Positions 9,391 through 19,871 of a stretch of DNA of 64,000 nt are shown piece after piece (position 1 is the stretch's first letter; the number at the start of each line of letters is the position of its first letter). Made by a program: the position numbers and the translations under genes. Source of the stretch: Elusimicrobiota bacterium (GTDB taxonomy: Bacteria; Elusimicrobiota; Elusimicrobia; Elusimicrobiales; UBA9959); assembly GCA_036574205.1 (NCBI GenBank), contig JAINCQ010000021.1, forward strand, positions 18,794 through 82,793. Reading direction: 5' to 3'. A model generated the notes under the pieces. That model made no database searches. It was not told the DNA's origin and was given only the letters and a program-made list of their open reading frames with translations.

Positions 9391-10206
9391 ATGAAGTTAA
9401 AAGTTTTTTTGTGTATAATTTTGGTTTTTGTTAATTTTTCAAGCGCTAAAAATTTTATGGATTTTTCATACACAACAGGCGATAATGATTTTAATAAATA
9501 TTCTTTTACTTATCTTTTTAATTTTTCAACATATGTATTTTCAGGCTTTAATTATTCAGCCTATGATTTAAAAGATGTTTCTATAGTAAGCTCAGTAAGA
9601 TTTCCAGTAAATATTTTATTAAAAAATGCTCTTTTATCTATAAAACCTTTCTATTATTTTAAAAAAGACGCATTTAAGGCAAAAGGCATAAGGCTTGGCG
9701 CAAGATATATGAAGGGGGATGAAGAGAAAGAGATAAATACAGTATACTCTGGATTTATAGGGTATGCTAATATGGAATATGAGTCTAAAACTTTGAGTAT
9801 AACTTATGCTGATGCTTCTATTGAAAAAAATTTCTACGATCTTTTTTTCTTTTTTATCAGAGGGGGGGTCAGGCTTTCAAAAGAAGTTGTTAAATGGCCT
9901 GTTTGTTATTTAGACAATTTGGATGTTTTAAGTTATAGTTATAGCGGCGTTTTATCTGATACTATTCACTCTGTTATAGGGCTTGAGCTGGCGCGAAGTT
10001 TTAAGCCAGATTTTAATAGTTATGTATATATCGGCGCAAACAGAATTAACACTTATTATAGCGATGTAAATTCATATTCCGCCGGCATTAAAACTTATCT
10101 TGACGATAAAGAAAACTATTATATGGATTTCAATTATAATTATGCGGATTTTAAGAAAGGCAAAGATATTGATTTCTGGAAAATTTCAACAGGGATTAAT
10201 TTTTAA
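9391..10206 (+). CDS. Putative outer-membrane beta-barrel protein
   Basis: Signal peptide, aromatic-rich alternating strands, C-terminal ISTGINF. Confidence 0.55.
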   Translation: MKLKVFLCIILVFVNFSSAKNFMDFSYTTGDNDFNKYSFTYLFNFSTYVFSGFNYSAYDLKDVSIVSSVRFPVNILLKNALLSIKPFYYFKKDAFKAKGIRLGARYMKGDEEKEINTVYSGFIGYANMEYESKTLSITYADASIEKNFYDLFFFFIRGGVRLSKEVVKWPVCYLDNLDVLSYSYSGVLSDTIHSVIGLELARSFKPDFNSYVYIGANRINTYYSDVNSYSAGIKTYLDDKENYYMDFNYNYADFKKGKDIDFWKISTGINF

Positions 10207-11747
10207 TGAATGCTATAATAGATAAACTTGAAATGCTTGTAACCGTGTCAAGACTCCTGTCGTCTAAGCTTGATATAGGAGATCTTTTAACCACTATAAT
10301 GCGTCTTGCAACGCGTGTTGTAAATTCAGAAAGAGCATCATTGTATTTGCTTGATGAAAAAAAACAGGAATTATACTTCCATGTTGCGCTTGATTTGGAT
10401 GAAGAGTTAAAAAAAATGAGATTTAAACTTGGCGAGGGAATTGCCGGGACATGCGCCAAAGAGGGAAAATCTATAATTTCCAACAATCTTGAAAAAGATG
10501 AAAGACATACAAAAAAAGTTGATGAGAAAAGCGGATATCAAACCAAATCTCTTTTAACATGTCCAATGATAATAAAGGGCAAAGTTATAGGAGTTGTTCA
10601 GGCTATAAATAAAATTGATGGGGATTTTGGAGAAGAGGATAAGGATAGTTTTGAAGCCTTTGCCTCACAAGCGGCTATAGCTATAGAAAATTCAAGGCTT
10701 TTTAATAGTGTTAAGGATGAAAAGAATAAACTTGAAAATATTTTTAAGATAATAAAGGAGGGGGTCGTTGTAACTGATGAAGATGGAACAATAAAGATGA
10801 TAAATAACGCAGGAATAAATTACCTCGGGTATATAAGCTCAAAACATTCAAATATAAAAGATATTTTTATGGAATTTGACTGCGACATGGATATAGGTTC
10901 GGTAATTGCTAAAAGAAAATCTATGAAATTCCTTATCCAGAAAAAGGAGTCGCAAAAATTAATTCTTGAATGCTCTTTTGTATCAGATAAATTTGAATCT
11001 GGTGAATCTTCTAATGAGTTTGTATGGATATTTGAGGACGTTACCCAGAAAGTAATGGAATCTAAGATTTCCAGAGAATTTATGTCTCTTGTCTCCCATA
11101 AATTCAAAACACCGATAACATCTCTTATAGGTTATTCTCAGGTTCTTGAAGCGACTGGAAAACTGGATAAAATGGCAAAAAAAGCTGTTGATTCCATAAT
11201 CTCCCAGAGTTTTAAGTTAAGCTCTCTTGTAGATGAAATGATAGATTTTTCCACCATAGAAAACAAAACAAGTTCCGATATAAAGATTGTTGAAATTGGT
11301 ATAGATGATTTTATAAATAGCGTAATATCGCAGATGAAAAACAAATATAAAGAGGTTGAGTTTGAAAGAGCTGTTATAGATAGTTTTAATATTAATGTTG
11401 ATATAGATCTTTTTTATAAAGCTGTGGCTGAGATAATTACAAATGGAATAAAATTTAATTCAAAAGAAAAAAAGAAGATAGTATTGACATCCAAAATCGC
11501 AAAAGGTGAAAGAACTTTGTCTATCTGGGATAACGGCAATGGAATTCCATCACATGAATTAAATAATATATTTGAAAGATTTTATCAGATAGAATCCGGT
11601 TTTACAGGACAAACTGAGGGATGGGGACTTGGCCTTTATATGGTTAAAAAAATACTTTCACTTCATAATTTTTCTTTCAAGATTAAATCCCAATTAGGAA
11701 AAGATACAATTTTTACCATAATAATGGAAAATAAGCCCGTGGAATAA
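10206..11747 (+). CDS. Cytoplasmic GAF-PAS sensor histidine kinase
   Basis: GAF (GEGIAG, VDEKSGYQTKSLL..P), PAS-like (EGVVVTD..G), H-box SHKFKTP, N-box NGIKF, DNGNGI, GWGLGL. Confidence 0.85.
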   Translation: MNAIIDKLEMLVTVSRLLSSKLDIGDLLTTIMRLATRVVNSERASLYLLDEKKQELYFHVALDLDEELKKMRFKLGEGIAGTCAKEGKSIISNNLEKDERHTKKVDEKSGYQTKSLLTCPMIIKGKVIGVVQAINKIDGDFGEEDKDSFEAFASQAAIAIENSRLFNSVKDEKNKLENIFKIIKEGVVVTDEDGTIKMINNAGINYLGYISSKHSNIKDIFMEFDCDMDIGSVIAKRKSMKFLIQKKESQKLILECSFVSDKFESGESSNEFVWIFEDVTQKVMESKISREFMSLVSHKFKTPITSLIGYSQVLEATGKLDKMAKKAVDSIISQSFKLSSLVDEMIDFSTIENKTSSDIKIVEIGIDDFINSVISQMKNKYKEVEFERAVIDSFNINVDIDLFYKAVAEIITNGIKFNSKEKKKIVLTSKIAKGERTLSIWDNGNGIPSHELNNIFERFYQIESGFTGQTEGWGLGLYMVKKILSLHNFSFKIKSQLGKDTIFTIIMENKPVE

Positions 11748-11749
11748 CT

Positions 11750-12235
11750 TTATTTACTATCAATTAAATTATTAATTATTTTATCGTATGTAATATGTCT
11801 TAATGCTTCATATACAACTATTCCACAGGATGTTGCAAGATTTAATGAGCGGACAAGATTTGATTTCATAGGGATTTTATACATCTGCCGCATATATTCT
11901 TTGTAGAAACTTTTTGGAAATCCAGAGGTTTCGCTGCCGAAGATGAGGTATGATTGTTCAGTATATGGAGCGTCCCAGAAAAGTTTTTTACCATGGGTTG
12001 AGAAAAATAAAAGTTTTTTTAAATCTGAAACCTCTGAAAGAAAGTCTTCAAAAGAATTATAAACCTTAAGTTTTACATATTTCCAGTAATCAAGTCCTGC
12101 TCTTTTAAGGGCTTTATCGGAAAGGTCAAAACCTATTTTGCCAATGAGGATAAGTTCTATTTCATTTGCAACGCATGTTCTTGCAATATTTCCAGTATTT
12201 GGAGGTATCTGGGGATTTATAAGAACAACCTTCAT
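11750..12235 (-). CDS. trmL: tRNA (cytidine34-2'-O)-methyltransferase
   Basis: PQIPPNTGNIAR, KRAGLDYW, FGSETSG, RSLNLA. Confidence 0.92.
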   Translation of the reverse strand: MKVVLINPQIPPNTGNIARTCVANEIELILIGKIGFDLSDKALKRAGLDYWKYVKLKVYNSFEDFLSEVSDLKKLLFFSTHGKKLFWDAPYTEQSYLIFGSETSGFPKSFYKEYMRQMYKIPMKSNLVRSLNLATSCGIVVYEALRHITYDKIINNLIDSK

Positions 12236-14130
12236 AATTTAAAATCATCCATAAATTTCCTATGCCAGAGTTCAAGAATTAAAACTGTCCATAGTTTATA
12301 GCCATGGTCTCTCTTGCCAGTTTGATGTTCATACCAGAGTTTTTTGAGGCTTTGAGGCTTAAAATAACCTCTTCTTAAAGCATTTTCTGAAAGGCATGTA
12401 TCTTCAAATCTCTGTTTTAATCCTTTTCTAAACCATAACCCCAACGGTATCCCAAACCCCATTTTTCCTCTTTTTAAAATCTTTTCAGGTAACATATCCT
12501 TAAAGGCTTCTTTAAGAATATATTTTGTATTTGAGTATCCTTTTATTTTATATTCTGAATCAAGTGATAGAGAAAATTCTATTAGTTTGTGATCAAGGAA
12601 GGGGGATCTTGCTTCAAGCGAGTTTGCCATTGAGGCAATATCCATTTTGGTCATAAGACATTGTGGTAGATATGTATTAAAATCAACATATGAAATTCTT
12701 TTTATAATATCATTGCCTGAAATATTATTAAAATAGGTCATTATATATTTTTCAGCAAAATCTAAGTTTTCATAGACTAAAGCCTTAAATTGTTCTGACA
12801 AAAATTCGTTTTTTTCATCAATTGAAAAGAAAGATACGGTTGAAAGGTATGATCTTTCAATATTCTTTGCGATCATCATCTTTAAAAATTTTCTTATTTT
12901 CCATATATTTGAAAAAGGAGCTACCCCTTCATTTGTTAAAGATATTATTGATAAAAGTGATCTAAAGAAGCTTTTTGGCATAAGGCGTAATGAATATGCA
13001 ATCTTTTCTGCTAAATATCTCCAGTATCCTCCAAAATTTTCATCTCCTCCATCGCCATTTAAAGCAACTTTTACATATTTTGATGTTATCTTTGAAACAT
13101 AATAACTTGGTAAAGCGCTTGGATCAGCATAAGGTTCTCCATAATGGAGCAATAAAGCTGGAAGGATATCAGTCATATCATCTTTAACAATAAATTCATG
13201 ATGATCAGTATTATACATTCTTGCCACTTCCCTGGCATATTCTAATTCGCTGAATTTATCTTCACTGAATCCTATTGAAAAGGTTTTAATTTGAGTATTT
13301 GATAGTTTACACATTGATGCGACAATTACAGATGAGTCAATACCGCCGGATAGAAATGCTCCTACAGGAACATCCGCTATCATTCTAAGGCGTACAGATT
13401 CCATTATTAAGTCTTTTAGTTTTTCTCTGGCTTCATTAAAATTTATATTTATTGAGTTTGATGGCACATCCCAGTATTTTTCTATTTTTATCTCATTGTC
13501 TTTAAGTTCAAGAATAGAGGATGGATCAAGTTTTTTTATTTCATTATATACTGTCATTGGGGATGGGATATATTGTAAAACAAGATATGTGTCTATTGCT
13601 TTAAGATTTAATGTTAGTTTGATGTCTTTTAGAGAAAGTATTGGATTTATTTCAGATGAAAATATAAAGCGTTTATTATCAAAGTAATAAAATAACGGCT
13701 TTTTACCTATTCTATCCCGGGCAAGTATGATTTTTTTTTCTTTTAAATCCAGTATACATAAGGCAAACATTCCTCTTAATTTTTTAACAAAGTCTTTTCC
13801 ATACTCCTCATATAAATGGATTACAGTTTCAGTGTCGCTTTTAGTTGAAAATTTATGGCCTTTTTTTATCAGTTCATTTCTTAAATCAAGATAGTTATAT
13901 ATCTCACCGTTTAAGACTATATAAGCGGTTTTTTCTTCGTTGGATATTGGTTGTCTACCTGTGTCAAGATCTATTATGGAAAGCCGCCTTGAAGCGATAG
14001 AAAAATTATCTTTAACAAAAAAACCTTCATCATCCGGTCCCCTATGGATGAGTAAGTCATTCATTTTTTTTAGTTCAGAAAACTCTATTTTTTCGCTATT
14101 TATATTTATTATTCCACAGATCCCACACAT
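12232..14130 (-). CDS. asnB: Asparagine synthase (glutamine-hydrolysing) family amidotransferase
   Basis: MCGICG N-terminus, HRGPD, NGEIYN, LSGGIDSS, GDGGDE, SLEARSPFLD. Confidence 0.9.
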   Translation of the reverse strand: MCGICGIININSEKIEFSELKKMNDLLIHRGPDDEGFFVKDNFSIASRRLSIIDLDTGRQPISNEEKTAYIVLNGEIYNYLDLRNELIKKGHKFSTKSDTETVIHLYEEYGKDFVKKLRGMFALCILDLKEKKIILARDRIGKKPLFYYFDNKRFIFSSEINPILSLKDIKLTLNLKAIDTYLVLQYIPSPMTVYNEIKKLDPSSILELKDNEIKIEKYWDVPSNSININFNEAREKLKDLIMESVRLRMIADVPVGAFLSGGIDSSVIVASMCKLSNTQIKTFSIGFSEDKFSELEYAREVARMYNTDHHEFIVKDDMTDILPALLLHYGEPYADPSALPSYYVSKITSKYVKVALNGDGGDENFGGYWRYLAEKIAYSLRLMPKSFFRSLLSIISLTNEGVAPFSNIWKIRKFLKMMIAKNIERSYLSTVSFFSIDEKNEFLSEQFKALVYENLDFAEKYIMTYFNNISGNDIIKRISYVDFNTYLPQCLMTKMDIASMANSLEARSPFLDHKLIEFSLSLDSEYKIKGYSNTKYILKEAFKDMLPEKILKRGKMGFGIPLGLWFRKGLKQRFEDTCLSENALRRGYFKPQSLKKLWYEHQTGKRDHGYKLWTVLILELWHRKFMDDFKL

Positions 14131-14131
14131 A

Positions 14132-15112
14132 TCAGTCTTCCATTTTTGATATTTTCAGAATTTTTTTAAAATTAAACCCTAAGGAGTATATATAAATTAT
14201 AGCCGTTAGAGTTATAAGAATATATCCTAATATATGCACCATTGCGGGGAAAAGTATTGAAAGCTCTTTTTCAATTCCCCAGCTCATACAAACGCGTGAA
14301 ATCGCATATTCATAATTTCCAAAATATCCTGGCATTGATGGTATGCTTGATGAAAGTGAGCCTGCAAAAACTGTTATTGCCGCTTTAAAATAATCTATTA
14401 TTTTTATTTCAAGTGATTTAGCTATAAAATAATTATTCAATACATCAAAACTCCACTGAATTATCCCTACAAAAAATATAGCAAAAGCAAGCTTTGGATC
14501 TTTAAAACACTTTCCCCCATTTTTAAATTTTATTATTAAAGAATATATTTTGGGATGTTTTATCTCTATTTTTTTGAAGTATTGTGTTTCAATTATTTTT
14601 TCAGAAAATACAAAACCAATAATTATTATTAATATGGCAAGGTTTAGTATTATAAATATTGATGTTGTGTTTATCAGAATATTTATTCCGCCAATTTTTG
14701 AGTATAAAAGTAGCAAAGAAAATAATATGATTGAATCAAGTATTCTTTCTATAAATATTGTTGATATAACAGTGGTTTTAGAGACAGAATAAAATTTTGC
14801 CACCAAAAACATTTTTGTTAGCTCGCCCATTCTAAAAGGTAATATATTATTTATTCCAAGGCTTATAATCTCAAATTTAAAAATGTTGTAAAAATCGACT
14901 TTGATATTTGAATTTAATATCAGATACCATTTAAGGGTTCTAAAAATCATTTCAAAAAAAGTTGAAACAAAGAAAAGCAATATAAATGGAATCCTTGCTT
15001 TTTTTAGCATTTCAAGAAGGTTTAAAAAATTTATATTTTTGAAAGACAAATAGAGCAAAAGAATACTTATAATGATCCCGAAAAAAGCTATAAAAATCTC
15101 TTTTTTTTTCAT
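14132..15112 (-). CDS. Lysylphosphatidylglycerol synthase TM-domain / flippase-like membrane protein
   Basis: Multi-TM; R..KW, NNILPFRMGE, ERILD, PSMPGYFGNYE. Confidence 0.8.
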   Translation of the reverse strand: MKKKEIFIAFFGIIISILLLYLSFKNINFLNLLEMLKKARIPFILLFFVSTFFEMIFRTLKWYLILNSNIKVDFYNIFKFEIISLGINNILPFRMGELTKMFLVAKFYSVSKTTVISTIFIERILDSIILFSLLLLYSKIGGINILINTTSIFIILNLAILIIIIGFVFSEKIIETQYFKKIEIKHPKIYSLIIKFKNGGKCFKDPKLAFAIFFVGIIQWSFDVLNNYFIAKSLEIKIIDYFKAAITVFAGSLSSSIPSMPGYFGNYEYAISRVCMSWGIEKELSILFPAMVHILGYILITLTAIIYIYSLGFNFKKILKISKMED

Positions 15113-16845
15113 AATGAAATATTGGTTCTTCCAAATTTTGTAATGAGTTCATCCTTTGTAATTTCAAGCATTGTTGGCCTTCCGTGTGGGCAGTGAAGCG
15201 AATCTTTGGTCTTTCTCAATTCTTCTATCAAATGCAGTGCTGTTTTTTCATTGAGTCTTTCTTTAAATTTGATAGATTTCTTACAGGCTATTGTTGCAAG
15301 GGTATCTCGTTTAAGCTCGGATGATATGCTTAGAGGTTTTAAAATGACTTCGGAAAGATATATAAAAATATCAGAGATTGCCTGTGGTTGGAGACTGAAT
15401 GCATCTGGCGTTGAGTATACCATAATTGAAGAAGGGCCATTTTGATTTATTTCAAAACCAGCTAATTTAAGCCATTCTTTCATTTCAATAATCTTTGTTA
15501 TATTAGATTTGGGGATTTTTACTTCAACAGGAACGATTAGTTTTGAGGAAGTAATTTTCTGGTTTTCAAATTCATTTAAATATCTTTCAAATGTTATTCT
15601 TTCAGCAGCTGCATGCTGATCTACAAGAAGAATAGATGTTTTTGTTTGATATATTAAAACACTGGAAAAAGCCTGACCCAGATAAACTACCGGGGGGTTG
15701 TACCATCTTGGTTTGTTTTCAGCGTTATACATTTGTGTTATAAATTCATTTTGTGTAAAAGAATTTTCTTCAAATTCTTTTTCTGAAATAAATTCTATTT
15801 TTTCCTTGCTTTGCTCAATAATTCTTCTTTCATATAGATTAACTGGTGAGGACTTATTTTCTATGGCATTTAAAACAGTTTTATAAACCACCTGATATAT
15901 AAAATTTTCATCGCCAAATTTAACCTCCTTTTTTTGTGGATGCACATTGACATCTATAGTTGAGGGATCTATTTGAAGGGATATTAAAAAAATTGGATGT
16001 TTTGAACCTCTTATATTTTCATAAGCTTTATAAACTGCCGTTTGAATTGTTTTTGACTCAACTATCCTTGAGTTGATGTAGCAGTATTGCAGGGCTCTGG
16101 ATGAAATTAGTGAATTTGCTCGGGATACAAAACCCTGTATATGAATATTTCCAAAGGTTTCATCTATCTCAATAACATTTTTTATTATTTGCTCGCCAAA
16201 AACATCTTTTGTTCTTTTAAGTATTTTACCATCGCTTTCTGGTAAGAAATCAAATATTTCTTTTCCATCTATAATAAGTTTTAATCTTATATTAGGTCTT
16301 ATAATAGCAAATTCTTCAATAAGTTTTATTAATGAACTTCTAAGATACGAATCAGATCTCAAAAATTTAAACCTTGCAGGGGTGTTATAAAAGAGATCTC
16401 TTACTTCTATTGTTGTTCCTTTAACTGGAGGAGATGGAAATTTTTTAATTGAATTTATATCTCCTCCTTCAGCCTCTATTGTAGTTCCATTTTCAGCTTT
16501 ACCATTGTAGCTGGAAATTTTTATCTTTGAAACAGAAAATATAGAAAACAACGCTTCTCCACGGAATCCATATGTTGTAAGCGAGTATATATCATCAATA
16601 GATTTTATTTTGCTTGTTGAATGCCTCAAAAGAGCAAGACTTAGATCTTCTTCATTCATCCCTTCCCCATTGTCTTTTACCCTTATAAGCTTTTTCCCGT
16701 TTTTTTCTATTTCAATGGTAATTGAATTAGCTTTTGCATCTATTGAATTTTCAATAAGCTCTTTTAAAACCGATACGGGTGTTTCTATAACTTCGCCAGC
16801 AGCTATTTTTGAAACTGTATCTGGTGGAAGAATTTTAATTGGCAT
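15109..16845 (-). CDS. mutL: DNA mismatch repair protein MutL
   Basis: KIAAGEVIE, GFRGEAL, DVNVHPQK, DQHAAAER, CPHGRP. Confidence 0.96.
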   Translation of the reverse strand: MPIKILPPDTVSKIAAGEVIETPVSVLKELIENSIDAKANSITIEIEKNGKKLIRVKDNGEGMNEEDLSLALLRHSTSKIKSIDDIYSLTTYGFRGEALFSIFSVSKIKISSYNGKAENGTTIEAEGGDINSIKKFPSPPVKGTTIEVRDLFYNTPARFKFLRSDSYLRSSLIKLIEEFAIIRPNIRLKLIIDGKEIFDFLPESDGKILKRTKDVFGEQIIKNVIEIDETFGNIHIQGFVSRANSLISSRALQYCYINSRIVESKTIQTAVYKAYENIRGSKHPIFLISLQIDPSTIDVNVHPQKKEVKFGDENFIYQVVYKTVLNAIENKSSPVNLYERRIIEQSKEKIEFISEKEFEENSFTQNEFITQMYNAENKPRWYNPPVVYLGQAFSSVLIYQTKTSILLVDQHAAAERITFERYLNEFENQKITSSKLIVPVEVKIPKSNITKIIEMKEWLKLAGFEINQNGPSSIMVYSTPDAFSLQPQAISDIFIYLSEVILKPLSISSELKRDTLATIACKKSIKFKERLNEKTALHLIEELRKTKDSLHCPHGRPTMLEITKDELITKFGRTNISL

Positions 16846-16892
16846 AAGAAAATTTTACAATATTTTATATAATATATAGAAAGGAGGGTGTT

Positions 16893-17459
16893 ATGAGGAA
16901 AACAATATTAGCGGTATTTGGTGCTTTTTTTGCTGTCTCTGCTTTAATAAATGCTCAGCCAGCACCTCAAAATACAAATAATAGTGGAGAAATGAAACAG
17001 TCTGCTGTGGAAACTAAAAAAGAAGGTGGAGAGGTAAAGAACCCTGCTGTTGAACCCAAAAAAGGGAATGAAGAGATAAAAAATCCTACAGTTGAAATCA
17101 AAAAAGAAAGTGGAGAGATAAAGAAGTCTGCTGTTGAATCCATAAAAGAAGTTAAAGAGAAAAAAGGCACTATAAAGGCTAAACTTAAGACTTTAACAGG
17201 AATAATTAAATCTATAGATACAGAGAAAAAAATAATAATTGTGGATTCTATCAAGAAAAAGGGTGAGTCAATGACTTTTTCTTATGAAGGACTCAAAGTA
17301 AAGGATGGTAAAAATTATATTGATGCTTCACAACTTAAATCTGGAGATAGGATTAAAATGGAATATGAGGGCGAGATAACATCACCTACAATTAAGAATA
17401 TTATGCTTATAAAAGAAAAAGTAGTAGAAAAAAAGAATACTGAAAAAAAGCAGGAATAA
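16893..17459 (+). CDS. Exported protein with four 14-aa tandem repeats and an OB-fold-like C-terminal domain
   Basis: SD AAAGGAGG, signal peptide, repeats, C-terminal TGIIKSID...LKSGDRIKMEY. Confidence 0.7.
   Translation: MRKTILAVFGAFFAVSALINAQPAPQNTNNSGEMKQSAVETKKEGGEVKNPAVEPKKGNEEIKNPTVEIKKESGEIKKSAVESIKEVKEKKGTIKAKLKTLTGIIKSIDTEKKIIIVDSIKKKGESMTFSYEGLKVKDGKNYIDASQLKSGDRIKMEYEGEITSPTIKNIMLIKEKVVEKKNTEKKQE
16983..17150 (+). repeat. Coding tandem repeat, 4 x 42 bp
   Basis: SGEMKQSAVETKKE / GGEVKNPAVEPKKG / NEEIKNPTVEIKKE / SGEIKKSAVESIKE. Confidence 0.85.
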
Positions 17460-17475
17460 GTCTTTAATTTTAGTG

Positions 17476-17979
17476 TTATAAATGTGTGTTTTCTTTTGAG
17501 TGAAAGGCAGATTTTATTATAAGATATAGACTCAAGAAAATTATCAAACTTCCAGAAATAAAAACTGCTTTTGAAATTTGAGGAGTATATTGTATTATTT
17601 TAAATTTTTCAAGAAGATACGCCCAGTCATGTTCTCCACCCCCTACTAAGGGAAGCTCTTGTTTTATTGCGTCGCCTATATATATACTTATATTTAAAAG
17701 ATTTTCACCTATCCAGAATATACAGAAATAAGATGAAAATACCTGTCCAGTTTTATAAAAATGAAAAGTAATTAATGATGGCCAGAATAGTTGAGAAATA
17801 GTCCCACCCATAAAACCTATGGTTTCTCCAAATGGACCTAAAAAAACATGTCCTGCTTCATGAAAACATAAATTGATATAATCAAGAAAAGAGAAATAAT
17901 TATCGTATCTTAAAAAATTTGAATAATAATAAATCATAAAGGCAATAAGAATAAACCTGAAATAATTTATTTTTTTCAT
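17476..17979 (-). CDS. Small membrane protein with HExxH motif (M50-like metallopeptidase fold, uncertain)
   Basis: FHEAGH next to TM segments, downstream HDW. Confidence 0.55.
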   Translation of the reverse strand: MKKINYFRFILIAFMIYYYSNFLRYDNYFSFLDYINLCFHEAGHVFLGPFGETIGFMGGTISQLFWPSLITFHFYKTGQVFSSYFCIFWIGENLLNISIYIGDAIKQELPLVGGGEHDWAYLLEKFKIIQYTPQISKAVFISGSLIIFLSLYLIIKSAFHSKENTHL

Positions 17980-19505
17980 CTTCTAAAAATCATAGCTAAA
18001 ATAAACGCGGAAAATATCATTACGCTTATATAAAAAAATATGTTTTTTTCAATATCATTTTGGCGTTTTAATTTTATAGGTTTTATTTCTGTTGCTATAT
18101 ATCCGTAGTCGTTTAATTTAAGCATTGAAGAAATTTTACCGTTGGGTTCTATAATTGCTGATATTCCGTTATTTGCTGATCTTATAAAGGTTCTTCCATT
18201 TTCAACTGATCTCATTATAGCGGCTGAAAAATGTTGATAGGGCGCAGAGGTGTTGAGATACCAGCCATCGTTTGTTATATTGACCAAAAAATCAATATCC
18301 TCATCTTCATAAAAAAGCCATTTAAAAATTGTTTCATAGCATATACTTACACCAAGTTTAAAGTTTTTAAAATTAAATGGTTTTTGTTGAGAAGGGCCTT
18401 CTTCAAATTCGCCAAGGCTTGTGATAACATTTATATATTTTCCCAAAAATTTTCTAAATGGAACATACTCTCCAAATGGAACCAGCACCCTTTTGTTATA
18501 TTTATAGACTATTTCACAATCAGGATTGATAAGGTATGCTGAAACATATTTTCTGTCAGATTTTGAAATAGAGCCTACTATATGATAAGTTCTGGATTTT
18601 TTTATATTAGAACAAAGCCATTCAAAAACATCAGGGTCATCTATCCAGCCAAAAAGAGCATTTTCAGGCCAGATTATAAGATCGGCTTTTTCTCTATTTA
18701 TGTTATCAATCAAGGCTTCAATCCTCATTTTTATATAATCGTAGTAAGATTCATCCCATTTTGCATAAAAATCTATAGAAGGCTGAATTATTGCCACCTT
18801 AATAGATTTCTCAGATTTATTTGAAAGGTTGCTTATATCATTATATTTAATCCAGCCAAACCCAACTGAAGCTGCAATCAACGCAAAAGCGGCAATAAAT
18901 TTTTTTATTTTTTCCCTTCGTCCTTTTGATAAAATTATTGATGAGATAATACAATTAACAAGAACGATCAAAAAGGTTATGGTGTAAGATTGTCCAAAAT
19001 GAGCAAGGTTCAAGATAAAAGGATTGTTCCATTGAGAATAAGAAATATCAAACCAGGGGAAATAGACTATATGTTTAGTTATATTGTGTTTTATAAAATC
19101 TACTATAACCCATATAGAAGGCAGGATGAATACCATCATTGTTGTTCCGTAAATATTTGCGATATATCCACCGATTGTTATTATTATAAATTCCACTGAC
19201 AATATAAAAGATAATAATATCAAGGCCAAAATTGATATAAAAAAATTAACCCCTGCCGCCTGAAGTGTATTATATATCCAGTAAAGAAGAAGCAGGTATG
19301 TTGAAAAACCGAGTAAAAAACCGTATTTTAAAGCTTCGCTTAATTTTTTTAGATTAAATAAAATTATAATAAAAGGCACAAGAGCAACAAAGGCGATAGG
19401 CGATAAGGAGATTTTGGGATATGATAAAAATAAAAGAAATGAACTTAAAACAACCATAAACGTTTTGGATTTTAATAATAGATTAACCCAGAATTTTATT
19501 TTCAT
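17976..19505 (-). CDS. lnt: Apolipoprotein N-acyltransferase
   Basis: WPEN, K..LVPFGEY, ICYE, NITNDGW, RSANNGIS. Confidence 0.95.
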   Translation of the reverse strand: MKIKFWVNLLLKSKTFMVVLSSFLLFLSYPKISLSPIAFVALVPFIIILFNLKKLSEALKYGFLLGFSTYLLLLYWIYNTLQAAGVNFFISILALILLSFILSVEFIIITIGGYIANIYGTTMMVFILPSIWVIVDFIKHNITKHIVYFPWFDISYSQWNNPFILNLAHFGQSYTITFLIVLVNCIISSIILSKGRREKIKKFIAAFALIAASVGFGWIKYNDISNLSNKSEKSIKVAIIQPSIDFYAKWDESYYDYIKMRIEALIDNINREKADLIIWPENALFGWIDDPDVFEWLCSNIKKSRTYHIVGSISKSDRKYVSAYLINPDCEIVYKYNKRVLVPFGEYVPFRKFLGKYINVITSLGEFEEGPSQQKPFNFKNFKLGVSICYETIFKWLFYEDEDIDFLVNITNDGWYLNTSAPYQHFSAAIMRSVENGRTFIRSANNGISAIIEPNGKISSMLKLNDYGYIATEIKPIKLKRQNDIEKNIFFYISVMIFSAFILAMIFRR

Positions 19506-19750
19506 TAATTAAATTATATAATTAAATAAATTGTTTTAAAAGTAAATAGGACCTGTGTTATATATTTAAAAATTGCTGTTTTAAAATTATGGTTTGCAAA
19601 ATTGAATCTTACTTAGTTTATTTTTGGTAAAAGTGAATTTGAAACTCATTTGATAAGAGAATTTAAAATAAATCAATAGTAATTTTAAATAAAGCAATAA
19701 CTTTTAATACACATTTTTAATACACAAGTTTTTGATTTTACATCAAGAAT

Positions 19751-19796
19751 CAACATCCACAGTTTAACCACGGCCGTGTAAAATTAGTGGATGTTG
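19751..19796. repeat. Dispersed ~46-bp palindromic element, copy A
   Basis: CAACATCCAC-AGTTTAAC-CACGGCCGTG-TAAAATTA-GTGGATGTTG: perfect 10-bp terminal inverted repeat and central perfect palindrome. Confidence 0.9.
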
Positions 19797-19871
19797 GTTT
19801 TTTTATAGGTTTTTATAGATGTGTGTTTTTTGTCTTTTTAGCCCTGATTTTAATTGTTATAATATAAGTAT

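Noticed and set aside
12232..14130. AsnB-like gene as a lasso peptide cyclase
   Set aside because: It has an intact Cys2 glutaminase domain and there is no adjacent precursor, B1 or B2 gene
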